A stretch of DNA of 64,000 bases. Origin: Chlamydiia bacterium. GTDB lineage: Bacteria; Chlamydiota; Chlamydiia; Chlamydiales; JAAKFQ01. The notes below the pieces were generated by a model. It had not been told where the DNA came from. It made no database searches and saw nothing but the letters and a program-made list of their open reading frames with translations. Positions within the stretch are counted from its first letter, which is position 1. Every line of letters begins with the position of its first letter. Location of the stretch: positions 35,682-99,681 of the forward strand of contig JBDNIV010000017.1 of assembly GCA_041688145.1 (NCBI GenBank), in the 5' to 3' direction. This document shows, in pieces, positions 48,261 through 62,537 of this stretch. Position numbers and translations under genes: made by a program.

Positions 48261-49448
48261 CTAAATCTTGAGAAAGAGGCGCATAAGGCTAGAAGAGAGC
48301 TTAATCGAATAGCGCAGTGAGCTTTTAGCCTCTATAAGAAGATTTTCTATATGAGCTAAAGATTGAATAAAAGTCCCTAGCGCTAGCTGAGAACTTTGTA
48401 GCCACTTTCCTACTTCCTCTTTCTTATAAGCTATACTCATATCAATCGGTAGAGGAAACAACTTATATTCTTCTAAGCCTTTTTCTAGCCCCGGAGCCTC
48501 TTGAGAAAGCTGGAGTAGAGAAAGATCTCTAACAAAAAAAAGGATGAGTTCAAAAAGCTCATCTATCAGCTCAGACTTAAAAAGCGCTGCTTCCCCTTCA
48601 ATCTGCTTTTGCTGCATCTCTGCTACTAAAGGTGTGAAGCGCTCTTTTTGGTCATCAAATCGGGCTAAAAGCTCTTTTTCTAAATGCGCCTTTTGATCTT
48701 CTATATGCTTTTCTAAGTAAGTGGCAAAGTCTGCCATGCTTACAAGACCCATATCCCCAGAAAAGAGCCTTCGCATACCCACTGTAAAAGTTTGTAAAAA
48801 CTCTTCTGAAAGCTCTTGAGCAAGTCTCCGAGCTCTAGCAGGAGATCCTCTTGAAGCTTTAGCAAGAGCCTCGGCCTCTTTACTTCCTACTTCAAATGAC
48901 TGCTCAAGCCACGAGGCAATCTCTTTTTCATCTACGGGGAAAAAGGGCACTTTTTGACAACGGGATTTAAGAGTTGTAAGCAGCTTTTCAGGATCGGAGC
49001 TTGTGAGTATAAAAAGAGTGTCTTCAGGAGGCTCTTCCAAGGTTTTTAATAAGAAGTTCGCAGCAATGTCAGGCAACCGTTCTGCATCTTGTAAGATAAA
49101 GACTTTAAAGGTGCTGAGCGTTGGAGGAAGAAAGACTTGAGAAACTAAATGCTTCATCGAATCGATTGTGTGCAAAGCGAGCTTTCCCTGAGGCTTAAAC
49201 AGGTGTAAATCGGGATGTGACTCCCACAGATTCACATCGATACGAGAGCTTTTCTTTAAAACGTCTAAAGCCCATGTTTTTGCTAAGAAGGCCTTTCCAA
49301 TTCCTTTAGGGCCATGAAAAAGTAGTGCAAGACCGAGGTTCGGCTTTTTATCTTCTTGCCCACTTGAAGAATTATGCAAGTCGCTTTTTTTACAAAGCCC
49401 AAGCAAACGCAGACGCCTTTGCGCCTCTGGGTTCCCAATTACATCCAT
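48261..49448 (-). CDS. holB: DNA polymerase III subunit delta'
   Basis: GPKGIGK, HPDL, ANFLLKTLEEPP and T.KSRC motifs; follows tmk. Confidence 0.92.
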   Translation of the reverse strand: MDVIGNPEAQRRLRLLGLCKKSDLHNSSSGQEDKKPNLGLALLFHGPKGIGKAFLAKTWALDVLKKSSRIDVNLWESHPDLHLFKPQGKLALHTIDSMKHLVSQVFLPPTLSTFKVFILQDAERLPDIAANFLLKTLEEPPEDTLFILTSSDPEKLLTTLKSRCQKVPFFPVDEKEIASWLEQSFEVGSKEAEALAKASRGSPARARRLAQELSEEFLQTFTVGMRRLFSGDMGLVSMADFATYLEKHIEDQKAHLEKELLARFDDQKERFTPLVAEMQQKQIEGEAALFKSELIDELFELILFFVRDLSLLQLSQEAPGLEKGLEEYKLFPLPIDMSIAYKKEEVGKWLQSSQLALGTFIQSLAHIENLLIEAKSSLRYSIKLSSSLMRLFLKI

Positions 49449-50059
49449 TACACAAGAGCCTTTTCCACAATCGACCAGCCAATCTCTTTCACTTCTTCAA
49501 TAGATAAAGAGGCATCAATCTGGACCAGATTGCCCCTCTTTGCCATTTCAGAAAATGCACCGTGTACCCTCTTATGAAAAGCAATCTCTTCAGACTCCAT
49601 ACGATTGGTTTCAGTGCGGCTGTGTGCCCTTTTTAGACCTGCAACAGGATCTATGTCTAAATAAAGAGCAAGATCAGGCTCTATCCCTTGTGCAGCAAAT
49701 GCACATAGAGGCTTGATCTCTTCTATACCCATCTCCCTACCTGCACCTTGATAAGCGAGTGTGGAATGCACAAAGCGATCACAGAGAACGATTGTACCCT
49801 TTTCTAAAGCAGGCAGTATCTTAGTATGAACATGCTCAGCTCTTGCAGCTAGCATAAGAAGAAGCTCGGTACGTTTTGAAGGTGTATTTTCAAAAAGAAG
49901 TGTACGGATTTTTTCGCTAAGAACACAGCCTCCAGGCTCACGGGTTTGAATAACCTCATGCCCAAGACTCACAAGCTTGTCAGCAATATAAGTGATGAGA
50001 GTGCTTTTTCCAGCACCCTCACCCCCTTCAAAAGTAATCAGTTGGCCCTTTTGAGACAT
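49448..50059 (-). CDS. tmk: thymidylate kinase
   Basis: FEGGEGAGKST, TREPGG and CDRF..STLAYQG motifs. Confidence 0.96.
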   Translation of the reverse strand: MSQKGQLITFEGGEGAGKSTLITYIADKLVSLGHEVIQTREPGGCVLSEKIRTLLFENTPSKRTELLLMLAARAEHVHTKILPALEKGTIVLCDRFVHSTLAYQGAGREMGIEEIKPLCAFAAQGIEPDLALYLDIDPVAGLKRAHSRTETNRMESEEIAFHKRVHGAFSEMAKRGNLVQIDASLSIEEVKEIGWSIVEKALV

Positions 50060-50070
50060 GACCTTACTTT

Positions 50071-52566
50071 TTATTTATCAGACTCTTCATCAACTTCAGA
50101 TTCTTGCTGATTCTCTGGGATTTTTATCTGCCCTTCGATCTTTTGCATAGCAACAAGGCCGTCTTCTTTCTTCAGATGCGCTAAACGTACACCTTGTGTT
50201 GAGCGGCCCATTACACGCAGCTCACTCATACGGATACGAATTGCCTGGCCCCCTTGAGACATAAGCACTACGCTATCTTCATCTTTGACGCATAGAGCTC
50301 CGATGACATTACCATTACGAAGACTTGTGATAATAGAGCGCACTCCACTACCCCCTCTTCGAGTTTCACGGAAGTGGTCGACTTTTGAGCGTTTGCCATA
50401 ACCGCGCTCACACACGACAAGGACCGTCTCATCACCTGTAACCACTTGACAGCTGATCACTCTATCATCTTCATTCTTGAGACTTACACCCCGAACACCG
50501 CGAGCAACACGGCCAATAGAGCGCACGTCTTTACTATTAAAACGCACAGCCATACCCTGACGTGTAAAGAGCATAAGCTGCTCATCTTCACGCACAAGTT
50601 TTGCCTGGATCAATTCATCATCTTCATCAATGTTAAGAGCTATGACACCCTTTTTACGAGGATTAGAAAAAGCTGAGAGTAGCGTCTTTTTAATCACACC
50701 ACGCTTGGTTGCTAAGAGCACACTTGCCTCATCATGGAACGTTTTCGTATGCAATACAGCTGCTAAACGCTCACCTTCTTGAAGGTTCTCCAAAAGGTTA
50801 ATGATCGGCTTGCCTTTTGCTCGCCTGCCAATCTCTGGGATTTGCCACACTTTCAGCCAGTAGCACTTACCCAAAGTAGTAAAGAACATAAGCGTATCGT
50901 GGGTCGAAGCAACATAAAACTCTTTAACCACATCGTCTTCTTTTTTCATGTCCATGCCAATCACGCCGTGACCGCCACGCTTCTGCTCACGGAAGGTGTC
51001 AATAGGCATACGCTTGATATAGTCATCTTGAGAAATAGTCAAAAGTACAGGTTCATCAGCAATCAGATCTTCTACTTGAAGCTCACTTTCTGCTGCAATA
51101 ACCACTGTTCTTCTAGGAGAAGGGTGCTTATCACGAACAGCAGTTAGCTCTTCTTTAATGATACCGCGCACAAGCCCTTCACTTGCTAGGACGCCTTTTA
51201 AGTAGGCAATCTTTTCAAGAAGGTCTTTATGCTCATCTTCAATTTTTTGACGCTCTAATCCTGTAAGCTGGTAGAGGCGAAGCTCCAGAACAGCACTAGC
51301 TTGTCGCTCAGACATAGTATAGCGATTCATCAGCTCAGTTTTAGCAATATCTTTACTATCTGAAGCACGAATAAGGCGCACAACTTCGTCTAAGTGATCA
51401 AGTGCTTTTAAATAGCCTTCTAATACATGGGCGCGGGCTTCAGCCTTATTCAACTCATAGCGAGTACGCTTGCGAATAACCTCAATGCGATGCTCAATCC
51501 ATGGAGTGATCATCTGTTTAACATTCATCAGACGCGGAAGGCCCTTGTCTAGGGCAAGCATGTTACAGCCAAAAGTGACTTGCAAGTCACTAAACTTATA
51601 AAGCTGGTTTAAGATCACATCAGGAATCTCAGCTCGCTTTAGCTCTATAACGATACGAAGGCCTCGTTTATCTGACTCATCGCGAAGATCGCTAATACCT
51701 GAGATTTGCTTATCTTGAGTTAGGTGGGCTATTTGCTCAATTAAACGAGACTTATTCACATTGTAAGGAATCTCTGATATCACAATCTGAGAGCGATCTC
51801 CCGGGCCTTTCATGGGCTCTATATCTGTACGACCCCGTAAGATAAGCTTTCCACGGCCTGTATGATACGCTTCATTGATACCGCGATAGCCGCAAATGAT
51901 GCCTCCTGTTGGAAAATCCGGTGCAGGCATTATTTTCATAATCTCTTCAATAGAAGCTGAAGGATTGTCTAAAAGCAGCGTTGTTGTGTCAATGAGCTCT
52001 CTTAAGTTGTGAGGAGGAATGTTAGTCGCCATACCCACTGCAATACCTGAGGAGCCATTTGCAAGGAGGTTAGGGTATTTCGCAGGAAATACCGTCGGCT
52101 CTTTTTTTGTCTCATCGTAGTTGGGTACTAAAGAAACAGTCTCTTTTTCTAAATCTTCCATTAGCGCCATAGCAGCCGCTGTTAAACGAGCTTCTGTGTA
52201 ACGCATCGCAGCTGGAGGATCACCGTCAATAGAACCAAAGTTACCTTGCCCCTGAATAAGGGTGTAACGCATCGCCCAATCTTGTGCCATCCGCACAAGT
52301 GTTGGGTAAATTACAGATTCACCATGCGGGTGGTAGTCTCCAGAAGTATCTCCAGAAATCTTAGCGCACTTACGGTGTTTTGCGCCGGGACTTAAATTTA
52401 GCTGACGCATCGCGTATAAAATACGGCGTTGAGAAGGTTTTAAACCATCACGCACATCAGGAAGCGCTCTCGAGATAATAACAGACATCGAGTAACGAAG
52501 ATAACTTGTCTTCATCTCGTCTTCGATATTGCGCGGTACTAGGGTTTCGTTTTCTGTATATGACAT
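50071..52566 (-). CDS. gyrA: DNA gyrase subunit A
   Basis: [25 protein letters not shown] and GyrA-box QKRGGHG. Confidence 0.98.
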   Translation of the reverse strand: MSYTENETLVPRNIEDEMKTSYLRYSMSVIISRALPDVRDGLKPSQRRILYAMRQLNLSPGAKHRKCAKISGDTSGDYHPHGESVIYPTLVRMAQDWAMRYTLIQGQGNFGSIDGDPPAAMRYTEARLTAAAMALMEDLEKETVSLVPNYDETKKEPTVFPAKYPNLLANGSSGIAVGMATNIPPHNLRELIDTTTLLLDNPSASIEEIMKIMPAPDFPTGGIICGYRGINEAYHTGRGKLILRGRTDIEPMKGPGDRSQIVISEIPYNVNKSRLIEQIAHLTQDKQISGISDLRDESDKRGLRIVIELKRAEIPDVILNQLYKFSDLQVTFGCNMLALDKGLPRLMNVKQMITPWIEHRIEVIRKRTRYELNKAEARAHVLEGYLKALDHLDEVVRLIRASDSKDIAKTELMNRYTMSERQASAVLELRLYQLTGLERQKIEDEHKDLLEKIAYLKGVLASEGLVRGIIKEELTAVRDKHPSPRRTVVIAAESELQVEDLIADEPVLLTISQDDYIKRMPIDTFREQKRGGHGVIGMDMKKEDDVVKEFYVASTHDTLMFFTTLGKCYWLKVWQIPEIGRRAKGKPIINLLENLQEGERLAAVLHTKTFHDEASVLLATKRGVIKKTLLSAFSNPRKKGVIALNIDEDDELIQAKLVREDEQLMLFTRQGMAVRFNSKDVRSIGRVARGVRGVSLKNEDDRVISCQVVTGDETVLVVCERGYGKRSKVDHFRETRRGGSGVRSIITSLRNGNVIGALCVKDEDSVVLMSQGGQAIRIRMSELRVMGRSTQGVRLAHLKKEDGLVAMQKIEGQIKIPENQQESEVDEESDK

Positions 52567-52576
52567 TGTCTAGCTC

Positions 52577-55421
<2,845 letters not shown>

Positions 55422-55590
55422 TTGCCACCTAATCTAATCGAGCTAGTAAGGGTTCATTATACCTGACATTCGCTCATAAATCAAGCGCCTTTGGATAATA
55501 AAATCAGGAGAAATTTCGACAAAAAATCGACAAAAATGGACGCCAATCCTACTATGTGACTTTACTGTAAAATCAAAGGTCTTAAACTCT

Positions 55591-56607
55591 ATGAAAAACG
55601 TCAACACTTTCCTTCTAATAGCTGCGACTCTCATCACTACTTTTTTAGCTAAAATAACTTTCGCACTCTCTTCATTTGGCCTAAGCTTTATTGCAATTAC
55701 AACTTGTCTTTTTTTTGTCTGTCTCGACCGTCTTTTACAAAGAGAATCTTTGCGCACTTTTAATACAGTAGCTTTAGGCCTTATCTTTGGTACTCTGTTT
55801 GGTCTTGCACTTAATAACTCTTTTGATGCACTTGTTTCTTTAAGCCGCCCTTCTTCTGATTTTTTAGATTCAAATGCTCTTATTTTTGCTAAAAGCTTTT
55901 TACTTACCTTAAGTCTCTATTTAGGGATTGCCCTTACTAAACGCTGCGAAAATTCTCTTTACCTCAGCATTCCGTTCATCCGCTTCACTCCTAAATCGAC
56001 AAAGAAAAAAGACTTTATTTTAACACCCTCTAGCTTGCTAGATCCACGCATTATTGACCTTGGGTCGTCAGGCCTCTTAGATCATGCCCTTATCTTGCCT
56101 CGCTTTATTTTACGCCACCTGCAAGCTGCTGCAAGCGCTAGCCCCACAAACCTCTCTTTTAAAAGACCTCTAGAAACTATCAAAAAACTTGAATCTATTG
56201 AGCCCCTATCTTTACGTATCTCAGAGGTTGATCCCTCTCACTTAGAAACTCTAGAAGCGAAGCTTGACTACTTAGCTGAAGTACTTGATGCAAACCTTAT
56301 TACAGCTGAAACAACTACAATAGAGGCTCACGGCTCGATTCGCCATATTAACCTCCACAAGCTAGCCTCTGCTTTTAAGCCCCTTATGGAAGGTGGCCAA
56401 AACATGGAAATCAAAATCCAACGCGCAGGCAAAGAACCCGGCCAAGGCGTCGGCTACCTCGATGATGGAACAATGGTAGTCGTCAATGGTGGCGGTGAGT
56501 TCCTAGGTGAAATTATCGATGTCCAGGTCCTTTCTACCAAACATACCTCTAGCGGCCGTATGGTCTTCTGCAATACCTTTGATGAGGGTGATGATGATTG
56601 GGATTGA
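55591..56607 (+). CDS. PIN/TRAM domain membrane protein (YacL-like)
   Basis: 4 TM helices, degenerate PIN domain, TRAM motif GKEPGQGVGYLDDGTMVVV. Confidence 0.88.
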   Translation: MKNVNTFLLIAATLITTFLAKITFALSSFGLSFIAITTCLFFVCLDRLLQRESLRTFNTVALGLIFGTLFGLALNNSFDALVSLSRPSSDFLDSNALIFAKSFLLTLSLYLGIALTKRCENSLYLSIPFIRFTPKSTKKKDFILTPSSLLDPRIIDLGSSGLLDHALILPRFILRHLQAAASASPTNLSFKRPLETIKKLESIEPLSLRISEVDPSHLETLEAKLDYLAEVLDANLITAETTTIEAHGSIRHINLHKLASAFKPLMEGGQNMEIKIQRAGKEPGQGVGYLDDGTMVVVNGGGEFLGEIIDVQVLSTKHTSSGRMVFCNTFDEGDDDWD

Positions 56608-56965
56608 TATTGTCGAATCGAAGCGCATTAAAGAAGCCGAAATGCGCACCCCTGGCTTTTTAGAAAAAGTTTTTACTCCTAAAGAAATTGCTTACTGTCA
56701 AAAACATAAGGACCCCTACCCGAGGCTCGCCGCCCGCTTTGCAGCAAAAGAGGCTATAGTCAAAGCGCTTGGAACGGGCTTTCGGGGCATAAACTTCCTT
56801 GATATAGACATCTCTCATAATGAACTCGGACAGCCCAAAGCTACCTTATCAAAATCTCCCATAAAGAACAAAAGCCCAGAAGAGCTTTCTCAAAATATTG
56901 AACTCTCCTTAAGCCATACTAAGGACTATGGGACTGCGGTCGCATTAATAAACTTCAGACCTTAA
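56591..56965 (+). CDS. acpS: holo-ACP synthase
   Basis: GIDIVE..RI, RFAAKEA.VKALGTG and LSLSH motifs. Start reassigned to ATG 56591. Confidence 0.95.
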   Translation: MMIGIDIVESKRIKEAEMRTPGFLEKVFTPKEIAYCQKHKDPYPRLAARFAAKEAIVKALGTGFRGINFLDIDISHNELGQPKATLSKSPIKNKSPEELSQNIELSLSHTKDYGTAVALINFRP

Positions 56966-57277
56966 TCATTAATATATTTAGGTTCTCTCATAACCGGTGA
57001 TACATCAGGTAGCTATACTCTTTTAAACTACTCTATAAAAGACTACGGGATAGCCGTACCGATTCTTAGATGATCCCGTTTTCGATAAACTTTCACTAAA
57101 AACAGGCAAGAGTCCTTCAGCTATACATAACTATTGCGCAAGACTTCAGTCAGCGCTAATATTTAAAAAATTTATTTACAAAATTCTATCTATTAAATAC
57201 AATTTGTAATTGGTGTTTTTTCATTGAACATGCTAACATTAATAAACTAAACAAAAAAAACACCCACATTAATTAAA

Positions 57278-57750
57278 ATGAATACTTCAATCAGTAGAAT
57301 AATAGGTCCGAATAGGTTAACCCTCCATTTTAACACTAATCCTTCTCATCGCCCATTGGCTTTAACGGCTTGTGCGCTTATTGCTATTGCAATCATCACC
57401 GCTGCAGCAATTATGTATCTTCATAAAAAAAAACCATCTAAAGGAAATTTTACTGGTAAACAGGGGCTTGAAAATTCTTATCAACCACAGACTCCCCGTA
57501 GAGAACCTAAAGATCTAGGGCCCCAACTCCCTATGGAAAAGCAGCCTCCGACGAACTAGTAAAGAATGTGCATCTAGAAAATACCTCGGGTCAGGGCACA
57601 CAAGAGGCACTTTCAGGTCCGGATTCCCCAAATACAAGTTTAGATTGGGATCCATCGGGTCAAAAGCCACAGTACGTAGAGAATGAACAAGGTGAACCTA
57701 CTGAAGTTCTCATGGTTGATGGCGATCAATTCTTAGTATTAGATAAATAG
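57278..57750 (+). pseudogene. single-TM hypothetical protein split by an apparent 1-nt frameshift near 57510-57556
   Basis: ORFs 57278..57559 and 57568..57750 join if one base is added, e.g. A4 to A5 at 57537-57540 giving MEKAASDELVKNVHLE. Confidence 0.5.
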
Positions 57751-57805
57751 CCATAGCCCCTAAGCAATATTACTGTATAGACCCCTCTGGCCTAATAAGA
57801 GGTCG

Positions 57806-58642
57806 CTAAAAAGCAGAAAATGGCAAGTGGTACATTACCTGAAAGCTATACCCGTTTTCAGGACATGAGCGTCCCCAAAACCTACGTGTAAACTGGAACT
57901 TCATATCACCCCATATATCCCAACGGTACTTGAGACTCAAGCCCGCATCAATTGCACGATAGCGCGTATGGCGATACCCTGTAAAATCACTGAGTGTAGT
58001 TAAGCGCTTTTTCCCAAAGCCCCCATTAAAAATACCAAACGCCCCTATGCGAATACGGTCAATGAAATTGATCTGCCAAGACAAGCTCTCTTTACTGAAA
58101 AGCGAAGAGCGCGTTGAGCCTCCAAAGCCCACGTTTGCCCATATACGGTGAGTAAAGATTCTACCTATCGCCCACTCGCGGCCAACTGAAGCGCTAAGTA
58201 CAGATTCAAAACGGCCATGATGAAACTTGCCCAAATTTGCTAAAGCTTTTGTATCCGTAGAGGCCAAAGAGAGATTGATTGTCATGCTAATAGGGTCACC
58301 GACAATATCATCAAAAACAAGGTACTGCCCAAATATTTTGGCCGTATCGAAATAAAGGTTTTTACCCATCACCTTTTGGGTGCCGAGGTTGACGCCCACA
58401 TTAAGTGTTGGCAAAAGCACAAGCCCCAAATCAATATCAAAGTAATTGGCATTTGTAGAAAGTTTCACTGTATCAGGATAGGTGCGGACCCTGCTAAAAT
58501 GCTGAAAAGTGTAGCTACCGGTCAGCTGAAACTCAAAAAGATTGCCGAGCCATGGCTTTAAAAGATCGCTGTGACCCTTTGAAGGAAAAAGACTTAATAC
58601 TAGAGCAGCCAGGCTACCTGCTAGAATAGAAAAATGCCTCAA
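57806..58642 (-). CDS. putative outer-membrane beta-barrel protein
   Basis: Signal peptide, amphipathic strands, terminal Phe; ATG upstream of and overlapping the trxB stop region. Confidence 0.65.
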   Translation of the reverse strand: MRHFSILAGSLAALVLSLFPSKGHSDLLKPWLGNLFEFQLTGSYTFQHFSRVRTYPDTVKLSTNANYFDIDLGLVLLPTLNVGVNLGTQKVMGKNLYFDTAKIFGQYLVFDDIVGDPISMTINLSLASTDTKALANLGKFHHGRFESVLSASVGREWAIGRIFTHRIWANVGFGGSTRSSLFSKESLSWQINFIDRIRIGAFGIFNGGFGKKRLTTLSDFTGYRHTRYRAIDAGLSLKYRWDIWGDMKFQFTRRFWGRSCPENGYSFQVMYHLPFSAF

Positions 58643-59595
58643 ACAGCAATCCCCCTTTTAGCCAGCCACCGCTCTGCATCGAGCGCTGCCATACACCCTG
58701 TACCTGCTGCGCTAATCGCTTGACGATAGATGTGGTCTTGAACATCTCCTGCAGCAAAAACGCCCTCTACATTCGTATAAGTCGATCCAGGCTTTGTAAT
58801 AATATACCCTGATTCATCGAGCTTTAAAGCGCCATTTAAAAAGTGCGTATTGGGCTTATGGCCAATAGCAAAGAAAAGGCCTGCTGCAGCTCTTTTTTCT
58901 TCTCGCTGCGTCTGAGAATTTTTGATAGTCACACCTTCTACAATGTCAGACCCAAAAACACTTGTAACTTCGCTGTGCCATAAAATTTCTATCTTAGGAT
59001 GATTAAGAGCTCTTTCAGCCATAATCTTAGAAGCTCTAAGCTCTCCTCGTCTGTGAACCATGTAGACTTTAGAAGCGAACTTAGTTAAGAAAATAGCCTC
59101 TTCTACAGCGCTATCTCCTCCTCCAATCACATAGAGCTCTTTATTTCTGAAAATAGGCATTGCTCCATCACATACCGCACAAGCAGTCACCCCTTTTTGC
59201 CAAAGCTCTCCTTCACGGGCCCCGGGAATGTCTAGCTTACGAGCTGTTGCTCCTGTTGCAATAATCAAGCTATCGGCTTCAATTTCCACAGATGAACTTT
59301 TCACCACAAAAGGCTCTTTAGTCATATCTACAGAAAGAACATCTTCTTGAATAAGCTCCGAGCCAAAGCGCTTTGCTTGCGCTTTAAACTTGTCCATAAG
59401 ATCAGGACCCATGACACCTTCTGGAAAACCCGGGTAGTTTTCTACATCAGTTGTGGTCATCAGCTGGCCTCCAGCTACCCCTCCTGATATAAACCCCTCA
59501 AAGACTACAGGCTCTAGGTTCGCCCTTGCTGCATAGATTGCTGCTGTATATCCCGCAGGCCCCGATCCAATAATCACTAATTTGCATCTTCTCAT
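58639..59595 (-). CDS. trxB: thioredoxin reductase
   Basis: [25 protein letters not shown] and [10 protein letters not shown] motifs. Confidence 0.97.
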   Translation of the reverse strand: MRRCKLVIIGSGPAGYTAAIYAARANLEPVVFEGFISGGVAGGQLMTTTDVENYPGFPEGVMGPDLMDKFKAQAKRFGSELIQEDVLSVDMTKEPFVVKSSSVEIEADSLIIATGATARKLDIPGAREGELWQKGVTACAVCDGAMPIFRNKELYVIGGGDSAVEEAIFLTKFASKVYMVHRRGELRASKIMAERALNHPKIEILWHSEVTSVFGSDIVEGVTIKNSQTQREEKRAAAGLFFAIGHKPNTHFLNGALKLDESGYIITKPGSTYTNVEGVFAAGDVQDHIYRQAISAAGTGCMAALDAERWLAKRGIAV

Positions 59596-59750
59596 CAGCC
59601 AGCTGATCTCCCAGAGTAATTGCCTTTTTGAAAAGGCTTACTCTATCGCGACTTATGTTTTTCATGCAAGCTCAAGGCCAGCTTCATACCCAGATGAATA
59701 AAGCCCTTTTGCAGTAGATTAAAAGCAAAACTCACGGTAACATACGCCTT

Positions 59751-62537
59751 ATGAAAAGCTTTCAATGGATCAGGTCCGCTTTTAACTTATACCCCGAAGA
59801 AATCAAAAAGACGGGGCACTTTGGGTTGCTCGCTTTTTTGTGGTCATTTGGAGCGTCGTGCTCAGTGACCCTTTTTGATGGTCTTTTCTTAGAGACGCTA
59901 GGCCCTAAAAAGCTTCCTGAAGCTTATGCTGTTATTGCCCTTTGCCTGATCTCTATATCTATTTTGTTGTTTAAAGGGCTTAAGGTTATGAGCCTAAAAA
60001 GTCTTTTTCGCTGTGTGCTTATTGGCACTATCCTCATCTATGCTGCGGGTATACTTTTGATACGCTTTTGGCCGAGCCAAAATGATCTATGGGTCTTCGC
60101 TCTTAAAGTCTTTGCTGCAGTGGGATATGCAGCACTTTCGATTACTTTTTGGTCCTTTATTGATGAATACTACGACCTACAAGATGCCAAGAGGATCTAT
60201 ACCTTAGTAATGGCTGCGGTCTTTACTGGAGCTATTGCTTCAGGATCTGTGATCTCTTTTTGTGTTGAACACATTGGCACAACCGGCCTTATGATTTGCA
60301 TGAAAATAGCTTTCATAACAGCCCATTTTGTTCTGGTTATGATTTGTAAAAAGCATGCTGCTGTTCATGATGAACTCGAAGAAATTTCCAGTGCCTCCAA
60401 GAATAAAAATGGGTTTAAAGAAGTTGTCAAACAGATGATTAAGTCTCCTTATGTGTTTGCTTTAGTTGCGGTAAATATGTTTGCCCAACTACTTTGGAAT
60501 GTGACTGAATTCAACTATATGTCTTCATTTACCTACCAATTTGATGGAAAGCCGACCTATGAGCTGATTGAATTTTTGGGCTCTGTCAAAGCATGGATAT
60601 CCCTTGCTAATGTGACTTTCATGCTGTTTTTATACAGTCGTATGGTTCGAAAATTAGGGCTTAACAACTCAGCACTTGTTCCATGTGGCTGTTTTTTAGC
60701 TCTTTATGCTGCATGGCAATGGCATGCGAGCTTTGCTATGGCTATATTGGGAATCATTGCCGTTGAAGGGATCTTATTCACTATTGAAGACAACAATTTC
60801 AATCTACTGCTCAACATCACATCAGATAAGATTAAACGGCCCCTTAGAATCTTTATTGAAGCGTTCGTAGAACCTGCTAGTATCCTAATAGCAGCAGGTC
60901 TGCTTTCTATCGAAGTAAGCGCTATTATTATAGGTGGACTGCTTGCTTTTTTAGGAACGCTCAGCGCTTTTGTTCTAAAGAAAGGCTACCGTCCTGCTAT
61001 TTTAGAAAATCTAAAAAGCAAAGCTATCCGCTTTGACAAGACTGTAGAAGCTAGATTAGGAAAGCTGAGCCGAAAAGAAAAAAAACGGCAGGTAGAGCAT
61101 CTACTAAAAAGTGAGACTCCTCCTGAAATATTAGCAGAGCTTTTAATTCATCTTGGCTCTGATCATGATTTTCTAAAGCTTATAGACACATCTGCTTATC
61201 TCAACACTACTGCACTAAAAAAAGTGATATCAACCCTTGATAAAGCTTCTTGGAAAAATAGAGACCTCTTTTTTAAGGCGTGTGAAAAGCTTTTAGAAAA
61301 AATACCCGAAAATGACTCTTCTTTAAAACCAACCTTGCTTTTACTATTAGCAGACGCTAGGTACATTGAACCTGATGAAGCTATTAAATTACTTGAAGAC
61401 CCAAACCCTCGCATCCAAGCAGCAGCTATTTTAGCTCTTGATCACGCAGGACATAGCTTAGCTCTTGATAAAGCATATGAGCAAAGGACTTTTGCACTCT
61501 TTTGCCTACAAAAGCTTTTAAGCAGCAAAGATCCTGAAACTCTTTCCATGGGCCTTTTCATCCAAGCTCAAATGAAATACGAAAGCGATATTAAGCTTCT
61601 TTTACCCTATCTTGAACATAAAGATAATCGAGTACAAATAGCTGCAGCAAGATCAATAAATGCCCTTATTCATAAAGAGCATGCAGAGTTTGCCCCCAGC
61701 ATCTTAAAAGCTCTTGGAAAAGCTGCCTCTTTAGCCTTAAGGCTTGAGATCATTTCGATCTTAGAAGTTATCTTAGACCCAAACCCAGACTTTATCAGCG
61801 CTTTTGCTAAAACAACAGAACGCTTTGGACCCAAAGAAAAAAGAGCTGTAGCAATTGCTATTCAAAAATCTGATGTAGAAGAAGAGATGCTTTTACCTCT
61901 TTTACAAGATGAACATAAAGAACTAGGTCCACGTCTCATACTTGCTAGAGCCTATAGCTATAAATGGCCAAAAGCCTTCAGAAAAGCGCTCAAATCTATT
62001 GTAGTGCCTGAAATCCACCGCGCATCTATTTATTTCTACAGCGCTCATGTAAGCAGAAATGAACCTTTAAGCGAGGCGCTTTTAGGTAGCTTTAATCGCA
62101 CTATTGACTTTGTAATTCACCTGCTTGCCCTAGGCGGCTCTGTAGAAGACAGCGACCTTATCACGCATGCGCTTAGAAGCGAAAGTGAAAGAGTCCATAG
62201 CCACGCTCTAGAAACCATCGAAAAAACATGTGAAGCTAAAATCTTTAGACTCTTAGAACCTCTTATTGATGACCGTCCTATTGACGAAAAGCTTAAACGC
62301 CTAGAGTCTAGGCTCCCTGACGCCTTAGTAGAAGGTTCAAAAGGAACTTTAGACTATCTAGAAGCATCGAGCTTTGTCTCAGACAGGCTAATCGCTCTGC
62401 ATGAAAAAGTGCGCACAAAGAAGCTTAAGCCCTCAAAAATGCTGCAAAGCCTCAGATCCGAAGATCAAAAAAATCCCCTATTCCAACACTTTGTTTGTGA
62501 AGTTCAATCTCAAGGAAACGTCCATGAATCTCATTGA
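59751..62537 (+). CDS. NTT/MFS-like membrane domain + HEAT-repeat protein (CT234-like)
   Basis: About 12 TM helices with FWSFIDEYYDLQDAKRIY, followed by HEAT repeats (DPNPRIQAAA, DNRVQIAAA). Confidence 0.8.
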   Translation: MKSFQWIRSAFNLYPEEIKKTGHFGLLAFLWSFGASCSVTLFDGLFLETLGPKKLPEAYAVIALCLISISILLFKGLKVMSLKSLFRCVLIGTILIYAAGILLIRFWPSQNDLWVFALKVFAAVGYAALSITFWSFIDEYYDLQDAKRIYTLVMAAVFTGAIASGSVISFCVEHIGTTGLMICMKIAFITAHFVLVMICKKHAAVHDELEEISSASKNKNGFKEVVKQMIKSPYVFALVAVNMFAQLLWNVTEFNYMSSFTYQFDGKPTYELIEFLGSVKAWISLANVTFMLFLYSRMVRKLGLNNSALVPCGCFLALYAAWQWHASFAMAILGIIAVEGILFTIEDNNFNLLLNITSDKIKRPLRIFIEAFVEPASILIAAGLLSIEVSAIIIGGLLAFLGTLSAFVLKKGYRPAILENLKSKAIRFDKTVEARLGKLSRKEKKRQVEHLLKSETPPEILAELLIHLGSDHDFLKLIDTSAYLNTTALKKVISTLDKASWKNRDLFFKACEKLLEKIPENDSSLKPTLLLLLADARYIEPDEAIKLLEDPNPRIQAAAILALDHAGHSLALDKAYEQRTFALFCLQKLLSSKDPETLSMGLFIQAQMKYESDIKLLLPYLEHKDNRVQIAAARSINALIHKEHAEFAPSILKALGKAASLALRLEIISILEVILDPNPDFISAFAKTTERFGPKEKRAVAIAIQKSDVEEEMLLPLLQDEHKELGPRLILARAYSYKWPKAFRKALKSIVVPEIHRASIYFYSAHVSRNEPLSEALLGSFNRTIDFVIHLLALGGSVEDSDLITHALRSESERVHSHALETIEKTCEAKIFRLLEPLIDDRPIDEKLKRLESRLPDALVEGSKGTLDYLEASSFVSDRLIALHEKVRTKKLKPSKMLQSLRSEDQKNPLFQHFVCEVQSQGNVHESH

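Noticed and set aside
55443..55757. 104-aa minus-strand ORF upstream of DUF721
   Set aside because: Overlaps the PIN/TRAM gene antisense and spans the promoter region; no motif.
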